Virus record (IMG/VR): IMGVR_UViG_3300046665_000548
Location: 248,001 to 312,000 of that record
Direction: 5' to 3' (one strand)
DNA length: 64,000 nt
Shown here: positions 36,351 through 45,767 of the stretch, in pieces
Numbering within the stretch: the stretch's first letter is position 1
Layout of the letters: every line of letters begins with the position of its first letter
Translations under genes and position numbers: made by a program
The notes under the pieces: generated by a model
Databases searched by the model: none
What the model was told of the DNA's origin: nothing
Seen by the model: the letters and a program-made list of their open reading frames with translations, nothing else

Positions 36351-36728
36351 ATGGATATTCGTAACAAGTGGCTGGCCGCCTTGAGGTCAGGAAATTATAA
36401 GAAAGGCAAGTTACGCCTTCGCGATTCGAGTAATCGGTTCTGTGTGCTCGGCGTTCTCTGTGACGTGGTAGACCCAGACCGTTGGGCGCTTCCGGCTCCG
36501 CGCACGCCTCCCTACCCGTGGTATTCGTTCGGTCTCGGCTTCGATGCCAATCTTCCCCCTGATGTGATCGAAATAGCGGGGCTGCGGTCAAAGAACGCGC
36601 ACTTGATCGGGGCTCCTATCGACTTCGTTTACAGCAATTTGAGCGCGGTTAACGACCGTATGAAGCTGACGTTTGAAGAAATGGCCGATATTATCGAAGC
36701 TCGCTCCGACGACATCTTCGTGAAATGA
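36351..36728 (+). CDS. hypothetical protein
   Basis: KWLAALRSG.Y...FCVLGVLCD...ND...TF.E.AD.IE pattern. Confidence 0.75.
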   Translation: MDIRNKWLAALRSGNYKKGKLRLRDSSNRFCVLGVLCDVVDPDRWALPAPRTPPYPWYSFGLGFDANLPPDVIEIAGLRSKNAHLIGAPIDFVYSNLSAVNDRMKLTFEEMADIIEARSDDIFVK

Positions 36729-36760
36729 AAAAAGGCCCAGCGAGCGCTCGCCGGGCCTTC
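36728..36760. terminator. bidirectional terminator
   Basis: AAAAAA-GGCCC...GGGCC-TTC between convergent transcripts. Confidence 0.7.
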
Positions 36761-36770
36761 TCTGTTTCAA

Positions 36771-36838
36771 TGGCTGGGCCGGATTCGAACCAACGACCAT
36801 CCGTTTCACGGATTGCTCTACCGCTGAGCTACCAAACC
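36771..36838 (-). ncRNA. tRNA-Phe(GAA)-like pseudo-tRNA with shortened anticodon arm
   Basis: D arm GCTCAGCGGTAGAGC, ATCCG-TGAAA-CGGAT, T arm GTTGGTTCGAATCCGGC; imperfect acceptor, no CCA. Confidence 0.6.
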
Positions 36839-37068
36839 TCAGGATGTCTTTTTGAGGATCACCCCGTAACATCCAAGTGAGTCGCTAACTCGCGCCGCCC
36901 GAAGCGGAATTGGAGGCGTCTGACAAACGCAACTTCAAACTAACACTTCCACGCAAATTGTCAAGCCAATCGAATTAATTTTGACAATTCTTCCACCCCG
37001 AACATATGGTTCGGACATCCGGAGTTGGTCCGGACTGTTTTGCAAACAACACACAAGGTATTTGATCA

Positions 37069-37326
37069 ATGTCATTTGATAATCTGTCGTCCGACGACAA
37101 GCAGAAGCTGAACTCGTTCATGGACGCTGGTATGAAGGTTCTCCAGGAAGTTGCAGACCTCAAGGAAGGTCTCCGCGACACCGCAAAGAATCTGGCCGAA
37201 GAATTCGAAACCAAGCCGGGCGTTCTCATGAAGGCTCTGTCCGCTGCGTTCAAGGCGAACATCGAAGAGCAGAAGGAAGGTCTCGAAGCTGTTGAGACGA
37301 TCCTCCAGGTTACCGGCCGCGCTTAA
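37069..37326 (+). CDS. small dsDNA-binding protein (T4 DsbA / GapR-like)
   Basis: Helical, length ~85 aa and charge pattern as in this family. Confidence 0.55.
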   Translation: MSFDNLSSDDKQKLNSFMDAGMKVLQEVADLKEGLRDTAKNLAEEFETKPGVLMKALSAAFKANIEEQKEGLEAVETILQVTGRA

Positions 37327-37529
37327 TGCCCCGTTGGGCATTACCTGCTTTCATCATCTTCTTTGGCGGCTTAATAGCCACCTTTCTCGTTTTGATCTTT
37401 ACGCAAAATAGTAAGGTCAACGAGGTCTGTTCAAGCCACGGAATGGACACCATAGGAGGAGGGCACGCGCCCTACCTCTGCGTGGACAAGACTGATGGTA
37501 GAGTTTACTCTTGGCAGTATATGAAATAA
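37326..37529 (+). CDS. small membrane protein
   Basis: One TM segment, TAATG overlap, followed by a terminator. Confidence 0.6.
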   Translation: MPRWALPAFIIFFGGLIATFLVLIFTQNSKVNEVCSSHGMDTIGGGHAPYLCVDKTDGRVYSWQYMK

Positions 37530-37532
37530 GTT

Positions 37533-37558
37533 GGGCGGCTTCGGCCGCCCTTCTTTTT
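37533..37558 (+). terminator. intrinsic terminator
   Basis: GGGCGGC-TTCG-GCCGCCC-TTCTTTTT. Confidence 0.85.
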
Positions 37559-37567
37559 GTGTAACAC

Positions 37568-38002
37568 ATGCTCGGTATCAGACCTCCCCCTGAACTGCAT
37601 CCAAACATCCGCTACGTCGATAAGGTATCGGTTGTGAACGCAATTGGCGACTGGGGGCCTCCCCCGGTAGTCAAACTGCGAAGTCGTGGTTCGTTCACGC
37701 ACGCCTGCTGGGTCGGTTCGGTTGATGGCGAAATATTCGACACTGACGTACGAACGCCGTTTCAACCGTTAGCCCCAATAGCGCGCAAACGGCGCATGAT
37801 TAAACAGATCGAAGACTGGTCTAAAGATAACCTAGCAGAGCCTTATCTGATTCATCACATGAGCGGCGCTTGGTGCTTTCGTATTCTTCTCATGACTGAG
37901 ATGGACGCCTTCCGCTTCAAGATGAGATGGGGCGGCGAACAATTCGCCCACGTTGAATTCAGAGAACCAGAACTCATCGAGACCCGTCGAATAAGGGGTT
38001 GA
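37568..38002 (+). CDS. hypothetical protein, paralog family
   Basis: MTEMDAFRFKMRWG. Confidence 0.7.
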   Translation: MLGIRPPPELHPNIRYVDKVSVVNAIGDWGPPPVVKLRSRGSFTHACWVGSVDGEIFDTDVRTPFQPLAPIARKRRMIKQIEDWSKDNLAEPYLIHHMSGAWCFRILLMTEMDAFRFKMRWGGEQFAHVEFREPELIETRRIRG

Positions 38003-38081
38003 TCGCTTTTTGAAAGTGGCTTTCGGTAGACATTTTGAGCTATATTGATTTCATACTAAGACGATTTTTTAAGGTGATGAT

Positions 38082-40871
38082 TTGTACATTGACGCCATCT
38101 ACGACAGGCAAAAAGACGTTGTAAAAGTAGTTGAACGGATTAAGGGGGAGCGGGTCTATAACGAAATTGCCCCGGAGCACGTCTTCTACTTCGAACACCC
38201 ATCGGGCACTCACCAAACCATTTTTGGCGATAGTTGCAAAAAGTTCGTCTCGCGCAGCGGCAAGAATTTTCGTCGCGATGTCGCGAAGATGGGCGCGACG
38301 CGTCGCATTTTCGAATCCGATATCAATCCGATCTTCCGTACCCTAGCGGACAACTATCGCGGCGTAGAAACGCCGAAGATGAATGTCGCCTTCTTCGACA
38401 TCGAGGTTGAGTTCTCGCTCGATAAGGGTTTTGCGCCGGTCGAAGACCCGTTCAATCGCGTCAACGCTATTTCGGTCTATTGTAGCTGGCTGAATAAGCT
38501 GGTCTGTCTTGTACTGTGCCCGCCGACATTCACGACTGATGAAGCCGAAGCCGTTGTATCGTCGTTCGATGATACATTCCTGTTCGATGATGAAGGCGAG
38601 CTTCTTAAGTGCTTCATGAACATCATCGAAGACGCCGATATCACATCGACGTGGAATGGCGATTACTTCGACTGGCCCTATCTGGTAAATCGCATCACAC
38701 GTACGCTTGGTGAAGACTACACCCGCGCGTTCTGCCTTTGGGATCAGAAGCCGATCAAGAAAGTCGCTCCGGACAAATTCGGCAATGAGCGCCTGACGTT
38801 TGAATTCCCAGGCCGTCCTCATCTCGACTATCTGCGTCTGTACCAGAAGCACAATCCACAGCAGCTTCACTCGTATCGTCTCGACTACGTTGGCGAGATC
38901 GAGACTGGCGAGAACAAGGTAGCCTACGAAGGCACGCTCGATGAACTTTGGAAGAAAGATTTTCGACGCTTCATCGAATACTCTCGCCAAGATACGATGC
39001 TTCTGCCGAAGATCGATGACAAGAAGAAGTTCATCGAACTGTCCAACCAGATCGCACACGGCAACTGCGTTCTGTTCAAGACAACCCTTGGTTCGGTCGC
39101 ACTGGTCGAACAGGCAATCATCCTGGAAATGCACGACCTCGGCTTCATCGTCCCGGATAGGAAGCGGACGACTGACGAGCGGGCGGGCATCGATACGGAC
39201 GATGATGACGAGGATGATGGACGTACGCCAGTTGTGGGCGCGTACGTAGCTGACCCGAAAATCGGACTGCACGATGAATTCGCGTGCTGTGACATCAACT
39301 CGCTGTATCCATCTGCGATCCGCGCCCTAAACATGAGCCCAGAAACGATCTGGGGACAGTTTAGATCGGACGAGACGACCACGTACATCGCTGGAAAGGT
39401 TCTTGAACTTGGTGAGGCCAAGCGCGCGCAGGCGTGGGATGGTATCTTCCACAGCTTCGAGTACGGGCACGTGGCGGCGCGCGATGGCGCTGCGCTGACT
39501 GTAGACCTGGAGGACGGCACCCAGCGCACGATGAGTGGCCGGGATTGGTACGACTACATCTTCAATCCGAAGAACCATCTGTGTGTCACTGCTAACGGCA
39601 CGATCTTCCGCACCGACAAAGACGGAATGATCCCGATGCTGCTCGCCAAGTGGTACGCCGAGCGTAAGCAGATGCAGAAGGAAGAAGAGAAATTCTACGA
39701 CCTTGCCGAGGCCGAAACCGATCCCGCCAAGAAGGCCGAATACAAGGCCCTCAATGTGTTCTGGAACCAACGACAGCAGGCTCGCAAGATTTTGCTGAAC
39801 TCGCTCTACGGTGCTCTACTGAACGAAGGCTTGCGCTTCTACGACGAACGCCTTGGTCAGTCAGTTACCCTGACCGGCCGCAGTATTGTTCGACACATGA
39901 ACGCCAAGGTCAATGAAGTCATTACTGGAAAGTATGACTACAAGGGCGACAGCATCATCTATGCGGATACCGACTCGTGCTATTTCAGCGCCTATCACCT
40001 GCTGAAGGATCACCCCGACTACGCAGACTTTGTTTGGTCGCGAGAGAATATCATCGATCTCTACAACATGATCGCTGACGTGGTGAACGACTCGTTCCCC
40101 GAGTTTATGCGGCGCACGTTCAATACAACGCTGGAGCGCGGCGGCGTTATCGCGGCTGGACGCGAGCTAGTAGCGAGCAGGGGTTTGTTCATCAAGAAGA
40201 AGAAATACGCCTGTCTGATGTACGACAAGGACAACAAGCGTCTCGACAAGGACGGCAAGCCGGGCAAGCTCAAGGCCATGGGTCTTGATCTTAAGCGCGC
40301 CGACACTCCCAAGTTCATGCAAACGTTCCTGGAGACCTTGTTGATGTCGTTGTTGACTGGCAAGGATCAGCAGGAGATGTTCGATGCGATCCGTGAGTTT
40401 CGGCGTCTGTTCGTTGAACGTCCAGGCTGGGAGAAGGGTACGCCCAAAGCGGTCAAGGCGATGTCCAAGTACGGCAACGAGTTCGCTCAGTCTCACGCCA
40501 CCAAGGCAACGGACAGCATGAAGAAGGGTCAGAAGGGCAGTAAGGTCAATATGCCGGGCCACGTTCGCGCAGCGCTGAACTGGAATCATCTTTGCGAGAC
40601 CTTTGGGGACCGTTATTCCATGCGGATCGGTGACGGATCGAAAGTCATCGTGTGTAAACTAAAAACCAATGTACTTAAGATGGATTCGGTGGCATATCCG
40701 ATTGACGAACCCCATATTCCGGAATGGTTCAAGGAACTGCCTTTCGACCACGAACTGATGGAAGAGACGATCATCGATAACAAGCTTGAAAACCTTGTAG
40801 GCGTGTTGAACTGGGACCTGTCTCAAACCAAAGACGTTGCTGCTGAAGACTTCTTTGTATTTTCAAAGTAA
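38082..40871 (+). CDS. family B DNA polymerase (T4 gp43-like)
   Basis: Exonuclease FFDIE and WNGDYFD; polymerase DINSLYPS, KILLNSLYG, YADTDS. Confidence 0.97.
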   Translation: MYIDAIYDRQKDVVKVVERIKGERVYNEIAPEHVFYFEHPSGTHQTIFGDSCKKFVSRSGKNFRRDVAKMGATRRIFESDINPIFRTLADNYRGVETPKMNVAFFDIEVEFSLDKGFAPVEDPFNRVNAISVYCSWLNKLVCLVLCPPTFTTDEAEAVVSSFDDTFLFDDEGELLKCFMNIIEDADITSTWNGDYFDWPYLVNRITRTLGEDYTRAFCLWDQKPIKKVAPDKFGNERLTFEFPGRPHLDYLRLYQKHNPQQLHSYRLDYVGEIETGENKVAYEGTLDELWKKDFRRFIEYSRQDTMLLPKIDDKKKFIELSNQIAHGNCVLFKTTLGSVALVEQAIILEMHDLGFIVPDRKRTTDERAGIDTDDDDEDDGRTPVVGAYVADPKIGLHDEFACCDINSLYPSAIRALNMSPETIWGQFRSDETTTYIAGKVLELGEAKRAQAWDGIFHSFEYGHVAARDGAALTVDLEDGTQRTMSGRDWYDYIFNPKNHLCVTANGTIFRTDKDGMIPMLLAKWYAERKQMQKEEEKFYDLAEAETDPAKKAEYKALNVFWNQRQQARKILLNSLYGALLNEGLRFYDERLGQSVTLTGRSIVRHMNAKVNEVITGKYDYKGDSIIYADTDSCYFSAYHLLKDHPDYADFVWSRENIIDLYNMIADVVNDSFPEFMRRTFNTTLERGGVIAAGRELVASRGLFIKKKKYACLMYDKDNKRLDKDGKPGKLKAMGLDLKRADTPKFMQTFLETLLMSLLTGKDQQEMFDAIREFRRLFVERPGWEKGTPKAVKAMSKYGNEFAQSHATKATDSMKKGQKGSKVNMPGHVRAALNWNHLCETFGDRYSMRIGDGSKVIVCKLKTNVLKMDSVAYPIDEPHIPEWFKELPFDHELMEETIIDNKLENLVGVLNWDLSQTKDVAAEDFFVFSK

Positions 40872-40928
40872 GGTATATTGCATGACTAAGGCTAGATTCG
40901 CTGGGGCCATTTCGGTCCTCCTACTTGG

Positions 40929-41249
40929 ATGGGTCGCCATGATGAGCATTATCGCGTTCATGGCGCTCAAGGGATCAACGAGCATGCTCCCGTTCTAACG
41001 AATGGTTTAGGAATGATCGAAGAGACGATCTACCGTTTCACGCTAACGTCGGCCGATACGAATCTCGTTAAGAACGGGAACGGTATTCGTATGCGGTTGC
41101 GTCTTCCGATAGAAGACTGGCTCAATGCGAACGGCCACACAAAGCAGATCGAATACGGGCTAAACGCTATCGTTGTGGAGTTCACGGACGCCAAGGCTGC
41201 CTTGCATTTCAAAATGAGATTCGTGGAAGGGGACGACTCGTTCTCATGA
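40929..41249 (+). CDS. hypothetical protein, paralog family
   Basis: VEFTDAKAALHFKMRF; start uncertain. Confidence 0.6.
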   Translation: MGRHDEHYRVHGAQGINEHAPVLTNGLGMIEETIYRFTLTSADTNLVKNGNGIRMRLRLPIEDWLNANGHTKQIEYGLNAIVVEFTDAKAALHFKMRFVEGDDSFS

Positions 41250-41488
41250 AAATCAGTCCCCTGCCGTTGATGAGGTCTGATGTCCCTATACAACCCGTTC
41301 TGAGACACACCGTTGAGGTATCTGATAATTCCAATAGTAAGCTGGAAATCCTAGACTGGGTTCAGAACCACGTCGTTGGCGCATACGCTTCTACTTACGT
41401 TTTGAACGAAATAACATGTGTTGTTCGATACGCGTACCGCTTCGAACTCGAAGATGACGCGTTTCGTTTCAAGCTATGGTGGGGGTAG
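41246..41488 (+). CDS. hypothetical protein, paralog family
   Basis: YRFELEDDAFRFKLWWG. Confidence 0.75.
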   Translation: MKISPLPLMRSDVPIQPVLRHTVEVSDNSNSKLEILDWVQNHVVGAYASTYVLNEITCVVRYAYRFELEDDAFRFKLWWG

Positions 41489-41686
41489 ATGCCTCTGCGT
41501 AAATCTTACCAAGTTTTCATATCCGATTACTCAAACAACGAGAAAGCGATACGAGATTGGGTGTCCGAACACGTTTTGGGTGCTCATGAGATTACTATGC
41601 GAATGTACGCACCTGCCGATTGGCGCGTCGCGTACCTGTTCAAGTTAGAAGACGATGCCTTCCGGTTCAAACTCTGGTGGGGTTGA
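41489..41686 (+). CDS. hypothetical protein, paralog family (tandem duplicate)
   Basis: YLFKLEDDAFRFKLWWG; C-terminus identical to the previous ORF. Confidence 0.75.
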   Translation: MPLRKSYQVFISDYSNNEKAIRDWVSEHVLGAHEITMRMYAPADWRVAYLFKLEDDAFRFKLWWG

Positions 41687-41809
41687 AACGACTTCTTATC
41701 CAAACTGACGCGCACTAATCAGCGCTCATATCGCGTCTCCAGACCCCAGTAAATACCTGAGAGATGAGGTACATAGGATAATTTGTTGTGAATTTACCAT
41801 CCGGCTCAT

Positions 41810-42070
41810 ATGGGCTACGTCGTGCAATGCTATTCCTCTGACGTAGAGCAGCACCATAGTTTTGAGATCGTATTCTGGGAAGATGAACGTCTTCTAGAAA
41901 TACGCAAGTACATTAGTGACGGATGCTGTGTGGCGGTGCTGAAGCCAGAGATCGTTGGGTGGTTGGCCCAGTATGACGATAAGGCCGAAGTCCTTGAAGA
42001 CTGGTACGGTTGCACGATCAACATCTACGACGACACGGTAGCGATGCTGTTCAAGATGTGGTGGATGTAA
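41810..42070 (+). CDS. hypothetical protein, paralog family
   Basis: INIYDDTVAMLFKMWWM. Confidence 0.7.
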   Translation: MGYVVQCYSSDVEQHHSFEIVFWEDERLLEIRKYISDGCCVAVLKPEIVGWLAQYDDKAEVLEDWYGCTINIYDDTVAMLFKMWWM

Positions 42071-42078
42071 ATACGTGC

Positions 42079-42672
42079 ATGAACGACCGCAACGCGGACA
42101 TGCGCCATATCCTCTCACAAATTCAAACAGTCCAGCAGAGTCTGGAACGCCAACCTCTCGCTGAAGATGCGAATATCGATTTGTCGGTTGCCCAGAATAA
42201 TTTGAAACAGTCCCTTCCAGGAAACGGATTGGAGACGGTTCGGCACTACATTAGAGCCGAAGCTGGTCTCGATCCATACGGCGGCCAAGACCCTGAAGAC
42301 TTCGATTCTTTATTGAACGATTGGTGCGAGGACGCAGTATATCAGGTTGCGGGGAAGCTTCGTTCTATGATCCGAGGAGAGCATCTTCGAGCGTGGCGAG
42401 AGATCACTGCGGGCGAGAATTGGACGCCAGAACAGCAGCACCCTGGCATCTATTGGTCATGGGACGAAAACGCCGCCGAAGCCCACTGGGGCGGGCATGA
42501 TCATGAAGGCCACGGTCCAGTAACTTGGAAGATGGAAGCTCTCCTGACTACATCGCAGATCGATTGGCCGGTAACGCTTACCATGAACGCTAATCCGGAC
42601 TATGAAGAAGAGAAAGAAGTTCGAATACTACCAAACACTCCTGTTCAGATCGTTCGATACTGGCGCGATTAA
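42079..42672 (+). CDS. hypothetical, probable virion-internal protein
   Basis: TAAATA-CGTGC-ATG; N-terminal MRHILSQIQ...PLAE. Confidence 0.7.
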   Translation: MNDRNADMRHILSQIQTVQQSLERQPLAEDANIDLSVAQNNLKQSLPGNGLETVRHYIRAEAGLDPYGGQDPEDFDSLLNDWCEDAVYQVAGKLRSMIRGEHLRAWREITAGENWTPEQQHPGIYWSWDENAAEAHWGGHDHEGHGPVTWKMEALLTTSQIDWPVTLTMNANPDYEEEKEVRILPNTPVQIVRYWRD

Positions 42673-43046
42673 CGTTTCCTAAACCGGTCCATATCGATCT
42701 TGGTTTTCAACTGGTGGCAGCCGCCGCAGAGCAAAACTAGATTGTCCGGCATCCAACATGTCGAGTCACCATTGGCCTCAAATAGCGGCCTGATATGATC
42801 GACTTCAAACCATCCCTGACGATCCTGGACCCCGCATTCCTGACAGGTATAGGCGTCTCGCTTTAACACGAACGTTCGTGCGTCGGTTGGGTTGTTCATG
42901 ATCCGCCATGTGTCGGCACATTCTTGATGCCAGTGCTTGCGTTTATTGACCTTTCCGCCCTCAATGATGTCTTCTCCGCAGAAGCGACAGGTCCCGCGCA
43001 AGCATAGCCAGGACTTCGGTTTGGGTGGTTTCCGATGATTTGCCAT
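42669..43046 (-). CDS. HNH endonuclease
   Basis: CQECG...EVDHIRPL...DNLVLLCGGCHQLKT. Confidence 0.88.
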   Translation of the reverse strand: MANHRKPPKPKSWLCLRGTCRFCGEDIIEGGKVNKRKHWHQECADTWRIMNNPTDARTFVLKRDAYTCQECGVQDRQGWFEVDHIRPLFEANGDSTCWMPDNLVLLCGGCHQLKTKIDMDRFRKR

Positions 43047-43121
43047 CGGATATTTACCTCGAAAAATATTGATAGCTCTGATCGTTTGGGCTTAAATGGA
43101 TCATACTTAAAGGACAATTTC

Positions 43122-43853
43122 ATGCGCGATACATTGGTTGATTTGGTCAAGCAGACGGCAGGTCTGATCGACACGATCAAAATCACAGGCACCCCTACCG
43201 AGACCCGTTTCCAGGCAGTTGATGAAAACAAGACAGTATTCATCGAAGGTTTGATGAAGGAGGCGATCCCTGAGTTCGAAGGCGAATTCGGTATCACCAA
43301 CTTGAACCTTCTCAAGGGCCTACTAGAATTCTCCAGCTACCGGACCGATCAGGCAAGCTTCAGTGTGAAGCGCCGATCCTGGAAAGAAACCAGCACGGTT
43401 GAGCAGTTTGAGTTTCGCGATGCCAATGGCGTCGGCTCTAACTTCCGCGCCATGAGCCCCGATCTTGTACCGGAGCAGGCCGAAATTCGCAGTCTTCCTT
43501 GGGATGTTACGTTCGTCCCCAACAAGGGTAAGCTGGCCGAGTTTGCACAGCTTGCGAAGCTTTATTCCGAAGTCAACAAGACGTTCGGTGCGACCACCGA
43601 TGGAAGCAACCTCTTGTTCTTCATTGGCGAAGAGAACTCTTCCACTCACCGTGGCAGCATGGTGTTCGAGAGCGGCGTGACCGGTGCTTTGCGCGGCGAT
43701 CTCCTCTGGACGACATCCCAGTTCCTCCAGGTCATGAACCTTGCTGGGGACAAAGTATCTGAATTGAAAATTACAAGTCGTGGCGTGCTGAACGTGGCGG
43801 TTGAAACGCCCCATGCCACGATCAACTATTACCTGCGCGCATCGCGCGGGTGA
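43122..43853 (+). CDS. probable DNA polymerase sliding clamp (gp45-like)
   Basis: 243 aa, alternating alpha/beta pattern, near the polymerase; resemblance to jumbo-phage clamps is from recall only. Confidence 0.55.
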   Translation: MRDTLVDLVKQTAGLIDTIKITGTPTETRFQAVDENKTVFIEGLMKEAIPEFEGEFGITNLNLLKGLLEFSSYRTDQASFSVKRRSWKETSTVEQFEFRDANGVGSNFRAMSPDLVPEQAEIRSLPWDVTFVPNKGKLAEFAQLAKLYSEVNKTFGATTDGSNLLFFIGEENSSTHRGSMVFESGVTGALRGDLLWTTSQFLQVMNLAGDKVSELKITSRGVLNVAVETPHATINYYLRASRG

Positions 43854-44006
43854 TCGCCCTGACTTGCCGGATATCCAGAAACCGGAGGTGATTATTCAAG
43901 CGCACGCGCGCAGCGAGTTGGGGAAGACGTATGGAAGCCCTTCACAGTGGACATGCGCAACCGGGGGAGGGGCCGACAAAGCTCCTCCCCATTTATTTGG
44001 AACAAC

Positions 44007-44312
44007 ATGAAACATTTTCTACTAGATATTTGGCTAGAGGTTGAGGCACGGTTTCCATACCGGGTTAAAGTACCTTCCCTTCTCCCTCAACCGAACGAAG
44101 ATTTTGTCTGTTTATCGCCGTTCAATTCCGAAGCGTTCGCATGGTGCAGGGACCATTTTGGAGATCATTGTACGGCTGAACGTCTAAAGGTGAAAGATAT
44201 CTACCAAGATCAGTTCTCTCTCATCGAAGATTCAATTTGGGATGTGAGCGGCGCAACGTTTATGTTCAAGAATGAGAAAGACGCTTTGATTTTCAAGTTG
44301 TGGTTTGGTTAG
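44007..44312 (+). CDS. hypothetical protein, paralog family
   Basis: FMFKNEKDALIFKLWFG. Confidence 0.75.
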   Translation: MKHFLLDIWLEVEARFPYRVKVPSLLPQPNEDFVCLSPFNSEAFAWCRDHFGDHCTAERLKVKDIYQDQFSLIEDSIWDVSGATFMFKNEKDALIFKLWFG

Positions 44313-44323
44313 AGGAGAAATCG

Positions 44324-45034
44324 ATGTTGCCTGTTTACTGCCCATTGAACGTTGAATTTGATCGCGATGGGCTGCGTGATGAACTTTTGGCAACAGAGGA
44401 ATCATGGCTGGACACGCCCATTCACATCTATGAGTGCAAGAATCCAGATCGTTACTTTCTTGTAGCACCTCGCGAATACTACGACGATTTGACCAACTAC
44501 TACATGACTGACCAAGATAAGTTGGTTATTGTTCCGCGCAAGTATCCGTCTTGGCGTTGTTACAACCTCACCCATATTCCGAATAATGCCAAGGGCAATA
44601 AGAGACGGTCTGTCTCTACCGGATCAGGTCTCATTCACTGGCGCTTCGAGCCACATGAGTGGGAATGGCGCGACATCAATCTCCCGATCTTAAAAGACAT
44701 CACGCAGCAGTTGGGTTATACTCAAGTAACAATCGCTCGTATCATGAGTATTGCGGAAGGTGGGTTTGCGCCCGCACACGTTGATGCACAGAAAGACGAA
44801 TGGCAAACCGGAATGGTGAGCACGACCATCATGGTTGACGACGGCGGCGCGCAGATGAAATTCAAAGTGGGCGACGATATCCACGAAACGGAAAGCTCAG
44901 TTTTCTTCTACAAGGATAGCTATCCTCACGGAGTTCCCGTTCTATCGTCGCGTCGTCTAATGGTTCGAATTGTCGGCATAGTTGATATGGATCGATACAA
45001 GAGCCTTCTCGATCTGTCACGTGCGGTTTATTAA
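44324..45034 (+). CDS. 2OG-Fe(II) oxygenase (Asp/Asn beta-hydroxylase-like)
   Basis: FAPAHVD...DSYPHGV...RRLMVR; GAGGAG SD. Confidence 0.65.
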   Translation: MLPVYCPLNVEFDRDGLRDELLATEESWLDTPIHIYECKNPDRYFLVAPREYYDDLTNYYMTDQDKLVIVPRKYPSWRCYNLTHIPNNAKGNKRRSVSTGSGLIHWRFEPHEWEWRDINLPILKDITQQLGYTQVTIARIMSIAEGGFAPAHVDAQKDEWQTGMVSTTIMVDDGGAQMKFKVGDDIHETESSVFFYKDSYPHGVPVLSSRRLMVRIVGIVDMDRYKSLLDLSRAVY

Positions 45035-45059
45035 ATATTTGCTCATTAGGGGATTTTCT

Positions 45060-45749
45060 ATGACTAAACTAATTCCGTTCAACTGGCTTCCCGCAGCCTG
45101 GGGCCTCAAGGGTCGCACTTATGAAGAAGCCAAGGCCAATTACTATCTTGAGGGCGAAGAGCTTGTGCGTGCTCTGATCGATATCCGCGAGGATGATCCG
45201 ACGAAGCGGCGTATTGCGCATCTCAGCCTCGACTATACCTCGGGCAAGATCGACCTGTATGAATTTGATTTGAAGAAGCTTCAGATCAACGGTGGTGGTG
45301 AAGATCAGCGAGAGCTTCTGAAGATCGAACTCGCGCACGGCAAGATCAACAACTACGACCACGATATCAAGCGCGCTGAACTGGATTTCGCCGCTGGTAC
45401 CGATCTGGATATCGCGAAAGCCGATATCGATTTGGCCTACGATAAGATCACCAAGCGCGAGTATGAGAAGCAGGTCGCTACCCTGAAGAAAGAGCCATGG
45501 GTCGGCATTGTCAGCGAAGGATACGATCCGAAGCTTGGCGTTAACGGCTGGTACTGTGAGTTCGACTGGAACGAGTTCTGGATCGAATATCTTCGTCTGA
45601 ACGGTTATGTTGGTCTCAACGATGACGAAATCCATCAAGCGTGGTTCCAGGACATCTGTCGTTCGGTCGCTTCCGAAGGCGAGGAACAGCAAGAGGGCGC
45701 TGAAATCGTTCCGTTCTCGGGTCGTCTAGTAAATCATCTGCCGCGCTAA
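45060..45749 (+). CDS. hypothetical protein
   Basis: KEPWV...EFDWNE...NGYVG motifs; TAAATA at 45032. Confidence 0.75.
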   Translation: MTKLIPFNWLPAAWGLKGRTYEEAKANYYLEGEELVRALIDIREDDPTKRRIAHLSLDYTSGKIDLYEFDLKKLQINGGGEDQRELLKIELAHGKINNYDHDIKRAELDFAAGTDLDIAKADIDLAYDKITKREYEKQVATLKKEPWVGIVSEGYDPKLGVNGWYCEFDWNEFWIEYLRLNGYVGLNDDEIHQAWFQDICRSVASEGEEQQEGAEIVPFSGRLVNHLPR

Positions 45750-45767
45750 ACTATTGGGAATACTGAA

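Noticed and set aside
41750-41785. TAAATA followed by mini-ORF MRYIG as a third attenuator
   Set aside because: No codon bias, no terminator or antiterminator, no tRNAs downstream
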